Origin: Candidatus Eremiobacteria bacterium
GTDB lineage: Bacteria; Vulcanimicrobiota; Vulcanimicrobiia; Vulcanimicrobiales; Vulcanimicrobiaceae
DNA length: 64,000 bases
Assembly (NCBI GenBank): GCA_963737065.1
Contig: CAVTRC010000002.1
Location: 160,001 to 224,000, forward strand
Reading direction: 5' to 3'
A model generated the notes under the pieces. The model was given only the letters and a program-made list of their open reading frames with translations, was not told the DNA's origin and did not search any database. The position numbers and the translations under genes were made by a program. Shown one piece after another: positions 22,492 through 32,683 of this stretch (positions are counted from its first letter, which is position 1; each line of letters begins with the position of its first letter).

Positions 22492-22521
22492 AACTCACCG
22501 ATAAAGTCGCGATTATCACCG
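22488..22521 (+). pseudogene. 5' stub of a short-chain dehydrogenase
   Basis: MKLTDKVAIIT coupled by GTGA to the previous gene, with similarity lost just before the TGxxxGxG motif. Confidence 0.55.
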
Positions 22522-22653
22522 CAATAGCCCGGGCACTCGCTTTCGAATTCGCCGTGCGCTTCTTTGTCGAACTGCGCCTTATCGAGCGCCGCAAGCTTGG
22601 CTTTGAGATGGTCAAGTGGGTACGCGAGAGGAGCTTTGTCGAAGCGTCCCGAT

Positions 22654-22758
22654 CTCCCCCCCCCTCTTCCCCCACCCCCCTCTCCCGTACTCTGCTCCGC
22701 CACACCCACCCCCCGCCCACCCCCCCCCGCGACCTACCGGCTTCCCCCGCCCCCTGCC
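22654..22758. repeat. C-rich low-complexity tract
   Basis: Runs of 4-9 C over ~100 bp, unlike any other part of the window. Confidence 0.9.
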
Positions 22759-22820
22759 GTGGGGAAAGGCTACGGTGGCGAGAACGAAGATGACGAATAG
22801 TTCGATCTGTTACCGTACAT

Positions 22821-23561
22821 CTAATATCCCGTATATTCTTCCACGCGCACGTCATCGGGCGACACGCCGGTCGCGGCAAGCATACTTTGCAGGCTCTTCA
22901 CCATCCCCGGCGGACCGGTGATGTAATAGATCGCGTTCTTCGTTGAGCTGGCGTATTTTGCCAACAGCTCAGCGTTGATTTGCCCGGTTTCGCCCGTCCA
23001 AGGCAGCTTGGAGTCCTTCATGTCGGTCATCGTCGCTACTACGGTGTAGTTAGCGTTGGTTTGTTGTAACGCTTGGAGCTCGTTTAGAAACGCTGCATCC
23101 TCGGGACGGCGGTTTGAATAAAACAGCACGATACGATGCGGCAGCTTCAGGTGAGACGCTTGAAAGACGATGCTGCGAAACGTAGTTACACCAATCCCAC
23201 CGGTGAGCGACACCGCCGGCCGAGCAGCATCTTCGTGTAACGTTAGATCGCCGAATGGACCCTCGATCTTAGCTGTACTTTCTAATGCTTCGGACTTCAA
23301 GTCACACTTAAACGCGGTGTCTCGCATACGTGTCGCGATGAGTATCGTCTTTTCGTACGGTGCGCTTGCGATGGAAAATCCTCGCTTATTCCCTTCGCTG
23401 TCAGTCTCCGATGGATTGGGAAGGGTGATATCGATGAACTGCCCAGCGATAAACGTCCAATCCGGTGGCTTTTGAAATTCGAAGGCGATCGTGCCCTCGG
23501 CAACTTGATGACGGGCTTTGAGCGGTGATATAAACGTCGGCCACGTCGTAGCGGTTTCCAT
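22821..23561 (-). CDS. FNR-like FAD/NAD(P)-binding oxidoreductase
   Basis: FIAGQF, RGFSIASAP, EGPFG, TGGIGVTTF, FYSNR and YITGPPGMV motifs. Confidence 0.88.
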   Translation of the reverse strand: METATTWPTFISPLKARHQVAEGTIAFEFQKPPDWTFIAGQFIDITLPNPSETDSEGNKRGFSIASAPYEKTILIATRMRDTAFKCDLKSEALESTAKIEGPFGDLTLHEDAARPAVSLTGGIGVTTFRSIVFQASHLKLPHRIVLFYSNRRPEDAAFLNELQALQQTNANYTVVATMTDMKDSKLPWTGETGQINAELLAKYASSTKNAIYYITGPPGMVKSLQSMLAATGVSPDDVRVEEYTGY

Positions 23562-23843
23562 ATTGATTACTATACGTGAGTCTGCGATCCAGTTTTGCCT
23601 AAAAAGCGCACAGATACGCATGCCTTTAGACGGTTACACTGTATCGACAGGAGCTTAGATCGTTGAAACGCGATTTTTGCCTCATTTCGAGTATGCATAG
23701 TTGCTCGATCGAGCAACCCTATGCGACCGGCCTGATGGCACAACGGCTAATCGCGACGCCGCTAAGACCGGCGTCGCGAAGACTAACGTGTTTTGCGGTC
23801 GCGATGTGCCTTGCGTCGCGACTGAAGCGGGGAGCACGCCATC

Positions 23844-24140
23844 ATGTTTGTATCTATTCCGTTCCTGGTCGTCTACGCTATCATCCTGTTGCTGCTGATT
23901 GTCAATGCCGCGCAAATCCTCGCAAGTATTCCGGCGGCCATGCAGTTGCGTTATCTCCAAACGCTGAGCGAAATCGGCGCAGAACAAAACTCCACAACAA
24001 TCTTCCCGATGCCGATCGATCTGATCAAGCCGTTCTTGGAAATCCTCGACAAGAAGGCAGAGTTGGCGCCTTCAGTGGCCGTAACAGCGGCGCCCACCGC
24101 GACGCTGGATGGGAACGGCCGCGCGCTGATCCCGACGTGA
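23844..24140 (+). pseudogene. SPFH/stomatin (slipin) gene with the core domain deleted in frame
   Basis: N-terminal TM segment joined directly to the C-terminal AMQLRYLQTLSEIGAEQNSTTIFPMPIDL. Confidence 0.75.
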
Positions 24141-24154
24141 CGTAAGGCGCTCGT

Positions 24155-24916
24155 TTGAGCGAGACGCTTAGGGCGGAGGTCGGCGCTCGCGGTCTTGGCT
24201 CGACCGACCGACAGGATCGCTGGTGGATCGCGCCGGCTGTCGGGGGTTTTGGACTTGCGGTCTTCATCGTCTACTCGACCTGGGCCGCGTTTGCCGGTGT
24301 CGATTTTCGCTACGGGCCGTATCTCTCGCCATTTTATTCGCCGTATCTGCGGCCGGCGTGGTTCCCGCTTTCAGGCTCACTACTCGTCCTATGGGTTCCG
24401 CTCGGCTTTCGCGTAAGTTGCTATTACTATCGCAAGCTGTACTATCGATCGTATTTTTTGAGTCCGCCCGCCTGCGACGTGAGCGAACCGTCACGCACCT
24501 ATACCGGTGAAACCGCGTTCCCACTGAAGTATCTGCCGATCGTACACCGTTGGTTTTTGTACCTCTCGATCGTCGTGCTCATTTGGCTGTGGATGGATGC
24601 GTTCCGAGCGTTCGATTTCGGCGGCCATTTTGGGATCGGGCTCGGATCACTGGTTATGCTGCTCAACGTCGTCCTGTTAAGCGGATTCACCTTTGGCTGC
24701 CATGCGCTCCGCAACGCCGTTGGGGGGAACTTGCGCTGCTTCTCGTGCGCAACCTGCGGCGGCGTACGCTATGGCGCCTGGAGAACCGTTACCCGGCTCA
24801 CGATGCAGCATCAATTGTGGGCGTGGCTGAGTCTGTACGGCGTGGGACTCACAGACCTGTACATTCGGCTGTGCGCAATGGGGGTTTTGAACGACCCGCG
24901 GGTGACTTTCCGATGA
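24155..24916 (+). CDS. Succinate dehydrogenase membrane anchor, mycobacterial Sdh1 type
   Basis: YLSPFYSP, FRVSCYYYRKLYYRSYF, YTGET, HRWF, GCHALR and HQLWAW motifs, upstream of sdhA/B. Confidence 0.85.
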   Translation: MSETLRAEVGARGLGSTDRQDRWWIAPAVGGFGLAVFIVYSTWAAFAGVDFRYGPYLSPFYSPYLRPAWFPLSGSLLVLWVPLGFRVSCYYYRKLYYRSYFLSPPACDVSEPSRTYTGETAFPLKYLPIVHRWFLYLSIVVLIWLWMDAFRAFDFGGHFGIGLGSLVMLLNVVLLSGFTFGCHALRNAVGGNLRCFSCATCGGVRYGAWRTVTRLTMQHQLWAWLSLYGVGLTDLYIRLCAMGVLNDPRVTFR

Positions 24917-26722
24917 ACGAAAGCAGGCATCCAATCTATCGGGCGGACGTGTTGGTCATCGGCGCGGGCGGCGCGGGGCTTCGGGCGGCGATCGAAGCCG
25001 CGACGGCCGGTGCGCACGTGGCGATCGTCTGCAAATCGCTTCTCGGGAAGGCGCACACGGTCGTCGCGGAAGGCGGCATCGCTGCCGCCATCGCCAGCGT
25101 CGATCCGGATGACACGTGGCAAACCCATTTCCGCGACACGATAGCCGGCGGCAAATACGTCAACAATTGGCGGATGGCGGAGCTGCTCGCGCGAGAAGCG
25201 CCGGGTGAGATTCACAATCTCGAGCGGTGGGGCGCGCTCTTCGACCGCACGCCGGAGGGCGGCATCATGCAGCGGCTCTTCGGCGGGCATACGTACAGCC
25301 GGCTCGTCCAAGTCGCAGATCGTACCGGCATCGAGCTTATTCGAACGTTGCAAGACAGAACCGTCGAACTCAAGCTCGACGTGTACATGGAGTATACGAT
25401 TACGCGGCTGCTCCTGCGCGATGGGCGCATCGCCGGTGCAGCAGGCTACGTTCGCGAAACGGGGCGTTTTGTCGTGTTCGAAGCCGCCGCCGTTATCATG
25501 GCCACCGGCGGTTCCGGGCGGCTCTACGCCGTCACGTCAAATTCGTGGGAAGGGACGGGTGATGGCCAGGCGCTCGCATTTGCCGCCGGCGCCGAGCTCA
25601 TCGACATGGAGTTCGTTCAGTTTCACCCGACGGGAATGGTGTGGCCCTTAAGCGTGCGCGGCATTCTGGTGACTGAATCCGTGCGCGGCGAGGGCGGGAT
25701 CCTAACGAACAACACGGGCGAACGGTTCATGCAACGCTACGATCCAAAACGGATGGAACTCTCCACGCGCGATATCGTCGCGCGCGCGATTCATACGGAG
25801 GTTACGGAAGGACGCGGCTCGCCGCACGGCGGCGCATTCCTGTCGATCTCGCATAAGCCGGCCAAATTCATCAAGCGGAAGTTGCCCTCGATGTACAGCC
25901 AGTTCATGGAATTTGCCCACGTGGACATTACCAAAGAGCCGATGGAGGTTTACCCGACCACGCACTACATCATGGGCGGCATCCGTGTCGATGCTGAAAC
26001 CGCGGCGACGAACGTTCCAGGTCTGTTCGCCGCCGGCGAGTGCGCGGGTGGCCTCCACGGTGCGAATCGGCTGGGCGGAAACTCGCTCTCCGATCTTCTC
26101 GTCTTCGGCCGGCGAGCTGGTGCCGCGGCAGCAGCATACGCGCGCGGTGCAAAGCATCTTGTCCCTGAACCGCTTCGAGATCGAGCGGGCGGAGCGCGAG
26201 ATGCTCGCACCATTCGAACCCGGTGATGGCGAGAATCCGTTCGCGGTGCAGGAGGATTTGCAGACAATGATGATGGCGGATGTCGGCGTTTTTCGCACGG
26301 AGCAGGGATTGCGCGATGCGCTGGCCCGGCTGGAAGAGCTTCGGAGGCGGGTCGTCAATGTGCGCGTCAACGGCTCCCGGCTCTACAATCCCGGTTGGCA
26401 TACCGCACTTGACCTCAGGCATATGGTGCAGATCGCCGAAGCGATCGTGCGCAGCGCGTTGCTTCGCTGCGAGAGCCGGGGTGCCCACACGCGCGTGGAT
26501 TTTCCGGCTCTGAACGCTGCTCTGGAAAAAGTCAACACAGTGACAAAGCTGGTCGACGGAGTAATGCAGACGGGATTCATCGAGCGGTCTCGCATGCCCG
26601 CCAATCTCGCAGGCATCGTGTTCGAACGCGTTGCTTCCGACCGCGAACTCAAAGGGTATGATAAAACGCTGGCAGATTCGTTTCCCGCGAGCGATCCGCC
26701 GCCCGGGCCGCTGGTGATCTAG
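24913..26722 (+). CDS. sdhA: Succinate dehydrogenase/fumarate reductase flavoprotein, one frameshift near 26165
   Basis: IGAGGAG, KAHTVVAEGG, EFVQFHPTG, THYIMGG, GLHGANRLGGNSL, then ESRGAH in a second frame. Confidence 0.9.
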
Positions 26723-26727
26723 TACAC

Positions 26728-27552
26728 ATGCGGCAACCTGTTGCGCTTGAAAGCATTCCAACGGATCAGCTCGCCGTACGTCGCGACCTGACGGGGCAAA
26801 CGGTAACGCTCCGAATCAATCGCGGCGAGGCCAACGATGTTGCGGGAACCTGGGTGGATTTTGCGGTCCCACTCGAGTCCGGAATGGTCGTCCTCGATGC
26901 CGTGTTATACGTTCAGGCGCACTTCGCCAACGACCTCGCCGTCCGCTGGAACTGTAAGGCGGCAAAGTGCGGCTCGTGCTCGGCCGAGGTCTGCGGCCGA
27001 CCGAAGTTGATGTGCCGGACGCGACTTGAGGAGCTGGATTGCAAGGAACCGATACTCGTGCAGCCGCTCCAGACGTTTCCGCGGATCCGCGATCTGGTTA
27101 CTGACGTCTCGTGGAACTATCGCGTCAACCAGACGATTCCGCCGTTCAAGCCGCGTTCCGACCGCGAGTGGCGGTTTTACCAGCGCGATGTCAATCGCGC
27201 GCAAGAGATGCGCAAATGCATCGAGTGCTTTTTGTGTCAAGATGTCTGCCACGTCCTGCGCTATCAAACCGAGGTAAAACCGCGCTATGCCGGCCCGCGC
27301 TTCTATGTGCGCATCCTCGGTCTGGATGCGCATCCGATGGATAACGAGAATCGCTTGGAACTGCTCAAAGGTGATGCCGGCATTGGGCTATGCAATGTGA
27401 CTAAGTGCTGCACCGAAGTGTGCCCCGCGTACATTGAGATCACCGATAATGCGATCATCCCGGCGAAGGAGCGCATCGTCGATGCGTACCAGGATCCACT
27501 CCGGAGATTGTTTCGAAAGTTGCGTCTATTCATGAAGCATAAGTCACCATAA
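26728..27552 (+). CDS. sdhB: Succinate dehydrogenase iron-sulfur subunit
   Basis: CKAAKCGSC, CIECFLCQDVC and CNVTKCCTEVCP motifs. Confidence 0.92.
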   Translation: MRQPVALESIPTDQLAVRRDLTGQTVTLRINRGEANDVAGTWVDFAVPLESGMVVLDAVLYVQAHFANDLAVRWNCKAAKCGSCSAEVCGRPKLMCRTRLEELDCKEPILVQPLQTFPRIRDLVTDVSWNYRVNQTIPPFKPRSDREWRFYQRDVNRAQEMRKCIECFLCQDVCHVLRYQTEVKPRYAGPRFYVRILGLDAHPMDNENRLELLKGDAGIGLCNVTKCCTEVCPAYIEITDNAIIPAKERIVDAYQDPLRRLFRKLRLFMKHKSP

Positions 27553-28482
27553 TGGTACTTCGTTTCGTTGCGGCGATCACTGTAGCCCTGTTCGCTTGTA
27601 GCGGAGGTCGGCGCGGGTATACGCGCTCGGCATTACCGTTTGAATCGCCCCCGCCAAGATCCAACAACGCTGTCGGGTCGAGGAACAACGATCCAAAACT
27701 CTACGTCGTGAATGCGGGCAACAGCACGGTGAGTGTTTTTGACCTGGCTAACACCAGCAGTACACCCATCGTGATCACGGGCGGCGGGCTATACGGCCCC
27801 TCCGGCGCGACGATCAACGCGAAAGGTGATCTGTACGTCACGAATCCGGTCGTCGACAGCGTGAGCGTCTTCGATACCGCGCATGCTGACGCGGTGATGC
27901 CGGAGATTACAGGCCCTCGCAATCCATACTATCCTGGCGGCGCGGCGGTTGACGAGAACGGCACTCTGTACATTGCAAATGCTGGCGTCAACAGCGTTTC
28001 TGTGTTCGACGGCCTACCCAGCGCGGTGGAGCGGACCATCACAGGAGGTGGGTTGAGCACCCCTTGGGGCGTAGCAGTCGGCGCGAATGGCAAGCTGTAT
28101 ATCGCGAACGAGAACCGCAACAGCGTGAGCGTCTTCGATACGGAACATGGCAACGTCGCGCTCAGGCCGATTAGCGGCAACGGGCTGAACTTTCCCTTCG
28201 GAATCGCGATCGCGCCGAATGGCAGGCTGTACGTCGCGAATTTAAACAGCAACAAGGTGAGCGTATTTAACACGGCGCACGCAAATGCGGCGCTCGCGCC
28301 GATTACTGGCGGCGGTTTGCGCGGGCCCTCCGGCTTGGCGCTCGATGCCGGCGGGAAGCTTTACGTTGCGAATTCCCAGCTAGCAACGCGTGAGCGTGTT
28401 CGATACGATGCACGGGAATGCGGCATTAAAGCCCATCACCGGCGGCGGCCTGAACTTTCCGTATGGCATTGCAGTCCGCTAA
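27552..28482 (+). CDS. Secreted/lipoprotein NHL-repeat beta-propeller, frameshift near 28385
   Basis: Six ~43 aa repeats LYVANxxxNSVSVFDTxHxNxxLxPITGGGLxxPxG. The last repeat continues in another frame to TAA 28482. Confidence 0.75.
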
Positions 28483-28513
28483 GAACTCATTTCCATCGGA
28501 CATCGAGCACTGA

Positions 28514-30175
28514 ATGTCGATCGTCCCTTCTCGCTACCAGCCTCCACTTCCGATTGACCGCATCATCGTTCGTGATGCGCTGGATATCGATGCCGTCACG
28601 ATGGACGTCGTGTTCGTCGGCGGCGGCCCAGCCGGATTCGCCGGGGCAATCGAACTCGCGCGTCTCGTGAAGCGAGACAACGAGGGCGGCGGTACGCTCG
28701 GCGACGTGCAGATCGCCGTGCTCGAGAAGGCTGAAGGGCTAGGCGAACACAACCTCTCGGGCGCGATCGTCAACCCGTGCGCGATCCGCGAACTCTTCCC
28801 CGAAGTCTCGGAAGCGGAGCTTCCATTCCGCGGTCCCGTGCATGGCGAACGCGTGTACCTCCTCACCGGTGAGCCGCGCATTCGGATTCCGACACCGCCG
28901 ACTATGGCGAACCATGGCTACTACATCGCATCGATATCGGAGATCGTGCGTTGGCTCGGCCAGCAGGCGGAATCGCTAGGAGTCAACGTCTTCACGGGGT
29001 TTCCGGTCGATGCATTGCTGGTCGAAAGCCAGCGCGTCATAGGCGTGCGCACCGCGCCATCCGGCCTTATGCGCGACTCCTCGCACGGTAGCGCGTACCA
29101 GCCACCGGCTGAGATTGCGGCGCGCGTCACCGTGTTGAGCGAGGGTACTCGCGGAATGCTGACGGAGGCTTACTGTGAATGGCAGCGGATCACGAGCGAG
29201 AACCCCCAAATTTTCGCACTTGGGGTAAAGGAGGTCTGGGAGACGAAGCGGCCCCTCGACCACGTCATCCACACCCTGGGCTGGCCGTTGCCGAGCGACG
29301 CGTTCGGCGGTAGTTTCATCTACCCGCTCGCGTCGAATCTCATCGCGATCGGGATCGTCGTGGGTATGGACTATCCCGAGGCGTCGCTCGACGTGCACGT
29401 GCTGCTGCAGCGCCTGAAGCTGCATCCGCTCGTGCGCCCGCTGCTTGAGGGTGGCCGCATGCTCGAATGGGGCGCGAAGACGATTCCCGAGGGTGGCTAT
29501 TACGCGCTCCGCAGCCGGCGATCGGGCGATGGGCTCGTCATCATCGGCGATGCGGCCGGCTATGTCGAGGTCGCGTCGCTCAAGGGAATCCACTACGCGA
29601 TGCAGTCGGGGATGTACGCCGCCCGCGCCATCTTCGACGCGTTGAAGTCGGGAGACACGTCGGCCCCCTCGCTACGCGCCTACGACCGCGCTGTGGACGC
29701 CAGCTACATCGTCAGCGACCTGCGCAAACGCCGTAACATGCGCCTCGCTTTCCAAGGTTCCAATCTTTACGTCGGTGGCATCAAGGCAAGCATGATGACG
29801 CTGACGAAGGGCGCTTTTCCAGGCCGGAAGATCGATTCGCGTCCCGACGCGGAAATGCCGCGCGCGCAAGCGCGTGCCGCACCAGTTCCGTTTGCTCCAG
29901 ACGGTACGATCACATTCAACAAGCTCGATGCGAACTACAGGTCCGGCAACGCGACGCGCGACGACATCCCGTCGCACCTTCTCGTCGGTACGGATATTCC
30001 CCCCGCGGTCGCAGAGCTGTATGAGCACATGTGCCCGGCGGGCGTCTACGAGCGGCGCGGTGACCAGCTCATCGTGAACCCTCCAAACTGCATCGACTGC
30101 AAAGCGACCGATGTGATCGGGCCGCGCTGGACGCCGCGCGAGGGTACGAGTGGACCGCACTATCGGCGTATGTAG
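28514..30175 (+). CDS. Electron-transfer flavoprotein:quinone oxidoreductase (FixC-FixX-like fusion)
   Basis: VGGGPAG, HNLSGA, LGVKEVW, GAKTIPEGG, GDAAG, KGIHYAM and C-terminal CPAGVY..NCIDC. Confidence 0.9.
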   Translation: MSIVPSRYQPPLPIDRIIVRDALDIDAVTMDVVFVGGGPAGFAGAIELARLVKRDNEGGGTLGDVQIAVLEKAEGLGEHNLSGAIVNPCAIRELFPEVSEAELPFRGPVHGERVYLLTGEPRIRIPTPPTMANHGYYIASISEIVRWLGQQAESLGVNVFTGFPVDALLVESQRVIGVRTAPSGLMRDSSHGSAYQPPAEIAARVTVLSEGTRGMLTEAYCEWQRITSENPQIFALGVKEVWETKRPLDHVIHTLGWPLPSDAFGGSFIYPLASNLIAIGIVVGMDYPEASLDVHVLLQRLKLHPLVRPLLEGGRMLEWGAKTIPEGGYYALRSRRSGDGLVIIGDAAGYVEVASLKGIHYAMQSGMYAARAIFDALKSGDTSAPSLRAYDRAVDASYIVSDLRKRRNMRLAFQGSNLYVGGIKASMMTLTKGAFPGRKIDSRPDAEMPRAQARAAPVPFAPDGTITFNKLDANYRSGNATRDDIPSHLLVGTDIPPAVAELYEHMCPAGVYERRGDQLIVNPPNCIDCKATDVIGPRWTPREGTSGPHYRRM

Positions 30176-30639
30176 AAGTGCGCGCGTCTCCTGGCGTTTC
30201 TATTTCGGCTCTTTTGTTTTCCTGACCCCAACCGCCGCTTCAATATACCGCGCAAGACGACGGCTTCGTTGTGTTGAGTATCTTTCGCACCGTAGATCAG
30301 AGTCATCGCACGTGCGTGCTTTGCGGGGGCGACGATCGCGGAAATCGCCTCACGCGCCTCAGGTTCTTTCAACTCCGCTTTATAGCGTTTCTCAAACTCT
30401 TGCCAACGTTCGGGATCATGACCAAACCATTTGCGCAAGGCTGTGCTCGGCGAAACGTCTTTCGCCCACATGTCGAGACTCAATTTGACTTTACTGATCC
30501 CGCGTGGCCACAGCCGGTCGACCAGAATGCGGACCCCGTCGCTTTTAGCGGGCTTTTCATACGCGCGCTTCAATAACAGTTCCACGTTGGGCCTTCTGTA
30601 GGCTGCATCAACGAGCCGTTGCGAGTCGATTTCGGCCAT
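30160..30639 (-). CDS. DUF488/YeaO-family protein
   Basis: KRAYE...DGVRILVDRLWPRG, PSTALRKWFGHDPERW and HNEAVVL motifs. Confidence 0.88.
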   Translation of the reverse strand: MAEIDSQRLVDAAYRRPNVELLLKRAYEKPAKSDGVRILVDRLWPRGISKVKLSLDMWAKDVSPSTALRKWFGHDPERWQEFEKRYKAELKEPEAREAISAIVAPAKHARAMTLIYGAKDTQHNEAVVLRGILKRRLGSGKQKSRNRNARRRAHFYIRR

Positions 30640-30949
30640 TGTTAAGCCGAAAACCGGTGTCTGCCGCGTATGGCTTGGTCCCCGACCCACAGCCGAGCAG
30701 CGTCCAAAACGACGGCGTGCGCGACAGCCGTCGGTTGGGCTACTGGAAATGCAGTATATTCGTCGCGATCGCCAAGAATCGACGCGGTTCTTGACGTCCA
30801 TAGGGCTGGCTTCCAGGGCTACAATTTCAAAAGGCCCCACCGTGCAAACGGCTCGGCCCTAAGGAGGTCACGACTCGTTCTCCGGTTAGTCCACACAAAC
30901 CGAAGAGATCCACGATTCGGTGATACCAACCATCAGAAAGAAGGCCGAA

Positions 30950-31419
30950 ATGGACGCGATCACCCTACTCAAAGCCGATCACCACGCTGTCGCAGACCTG
31001 CTAAAGCAGATCAAGGACCTCGACGAATCTGCTCACGCCCAGCGGCGAGAGCTCTTTCGACAAATTGACAAAGAACTCACCCTGCATTCGAAATTGAAGA
31101 AACAATCTTTTATCCCGCGCTCAAGCAAAAGTCGAAGTCGGAGGATGACGGCGATGCGACTCAGGAGGTCCTTGAGGCGTACGAGGAGCACGCCAACGTG
31201 AAAAGCATGCTCCAAAAATTGGAAAGCACGGATGCGGCGGATGAGACATACAATGCGAAATTGCAAGTCCTAAGCGAATTGGTGAAACATCACGTACACG
31301 AGGAAGAGCACAAGATGTTCAAAGAGGCGGAAGACTTGATGAGCGAATCGGAGCTCGAGCAGCTCGGAGCAAAACTCGCGCAAGCCAAAGAACAACTGCT
31401 AAGCAGCGCCTCTGCCTAG
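30950..31419 (+). CDS. Hemerythrin-domain protein, frameshift near 31100
   Basis: MDAITLLKADH, LTLH, EEH and HHVHEEE motifs over two frames. Confidence 0.82.
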
Positions 31420-31745
31420 GCGGCGTAACGTTCGGCTCGTCCGTTCGTTTATGGCGGCACGGCTGCTCACTCGGCCACGGAACGGCGCGGGAGGAAGAAC
31501 TCGCACGACGCATTCGCACAGCCGCGATCGAGTCGCTCGTCAACTCCGCACCGTCTCCAAGAGCGCCCCCCCTGGTGGCATTGCCACCGCCGGCTCATTT
31601 CCGACGCCGCGCTCCTCCTACATGCTTTCCGGTGGAACACTTGCACGACGGCAAACTTCGGCCGCACATTCCTACGGCGAGGCGTTCGTACGACGGCGGA
31701 GGGGAAACTCCGCTATGACGTACTTTCGTTCGCTGACATTATGGA

Positions 31746-32676
31746 GTGAATGATCGATATGGCAGCACCAGACATCACGGGCGGATCGATCCACAAGAAT
31801 CCAAGGAAGCACGAGCCGTTGCAGAAAGCGTGCAGAAACTCGTGCATAAAGCGTTCGCCAGTGCGGGTCCAAGCGGTCAAAAGCTCAAGAACTTCCTGAA
31901 CGGCACCTGGCTGGGCGATCCACTGCACGTCACCCTCACCGATGTTCCGATCGGCGCCTGGACGACGGGGCTTATTTTCGATGCGTTCCAGTGGGTCAGC
32001 GGCCGCGATGACTTTGCCGGCGCCGCCGATGCTGCAGTGACAATCGGGATCGCGGGCGCACTCTGTGCAGCTGTTTCGGGCGTAACCGACTGGCAGGATG
32101 CGGATGCCCCAGCTCGCCGAATTGGGATGACGCACGGTATTTTGAACTTGAGCGCAACAGCGTTGTTCGGCGCTTCACTGATTTCACGCAAGCGCAAGTC
32201 ACGGAGCATGACGCGGGTACTGCGTGCACTGGGCTATGGCTTCATAACTACCGCCGCGCATCTGGGCGGCGAGATGATCTACACGCACCGCGTGGGTGTT
32301 GATCGTACCGCCGGCCAAGTGTTTCCGGAAGACTTTGTGTCCGTGTTGCCGCATCGGAACTGGCAGAATCACAGCCCAAGCGCGTCGAGCACGATGGTGT
32401 TCCGATCCTTTTGGTACGGCGTGAAACGAAGATCTTTGCGCTGGCTGAAACTTGCTCGCATTTCAGCGGGCCTCTTTCGGAAGGCAAACTAGTGGGAGAC
32501 AGCATTCAGTGCCCATGGCACCGATCGCGATTCGCACTGGACGACGGACGGGTGCTCGATGGGCCGGCGTGCACCGCCAACCGTGCCTTGAAACGCGCGT
32601 ACGCAACGGGCAGATTGAAGTGCGCAAACCACTGAACAAGTCGGCTCCGCCGACACCGTCAGCTGTCGGCACATAA
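31746..32676 (+). CDS. DUF2231 plus Rieske [2Fe-2S] protein, frameshifted
   Basis: LNGTWLGDPLH..LTDVPIGAW, HLGG, then CSHFSGPL and CPWH in another frame. Confidence 0.82.
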
Positions 32677-32683
32677 GTATGGC

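Noticed and set aside
22654..22758. Functional G-quadruplex or i-motif
   Set aside because: Irregular runs at a broken junction in an indel-rich region look more like a low-quality consensus
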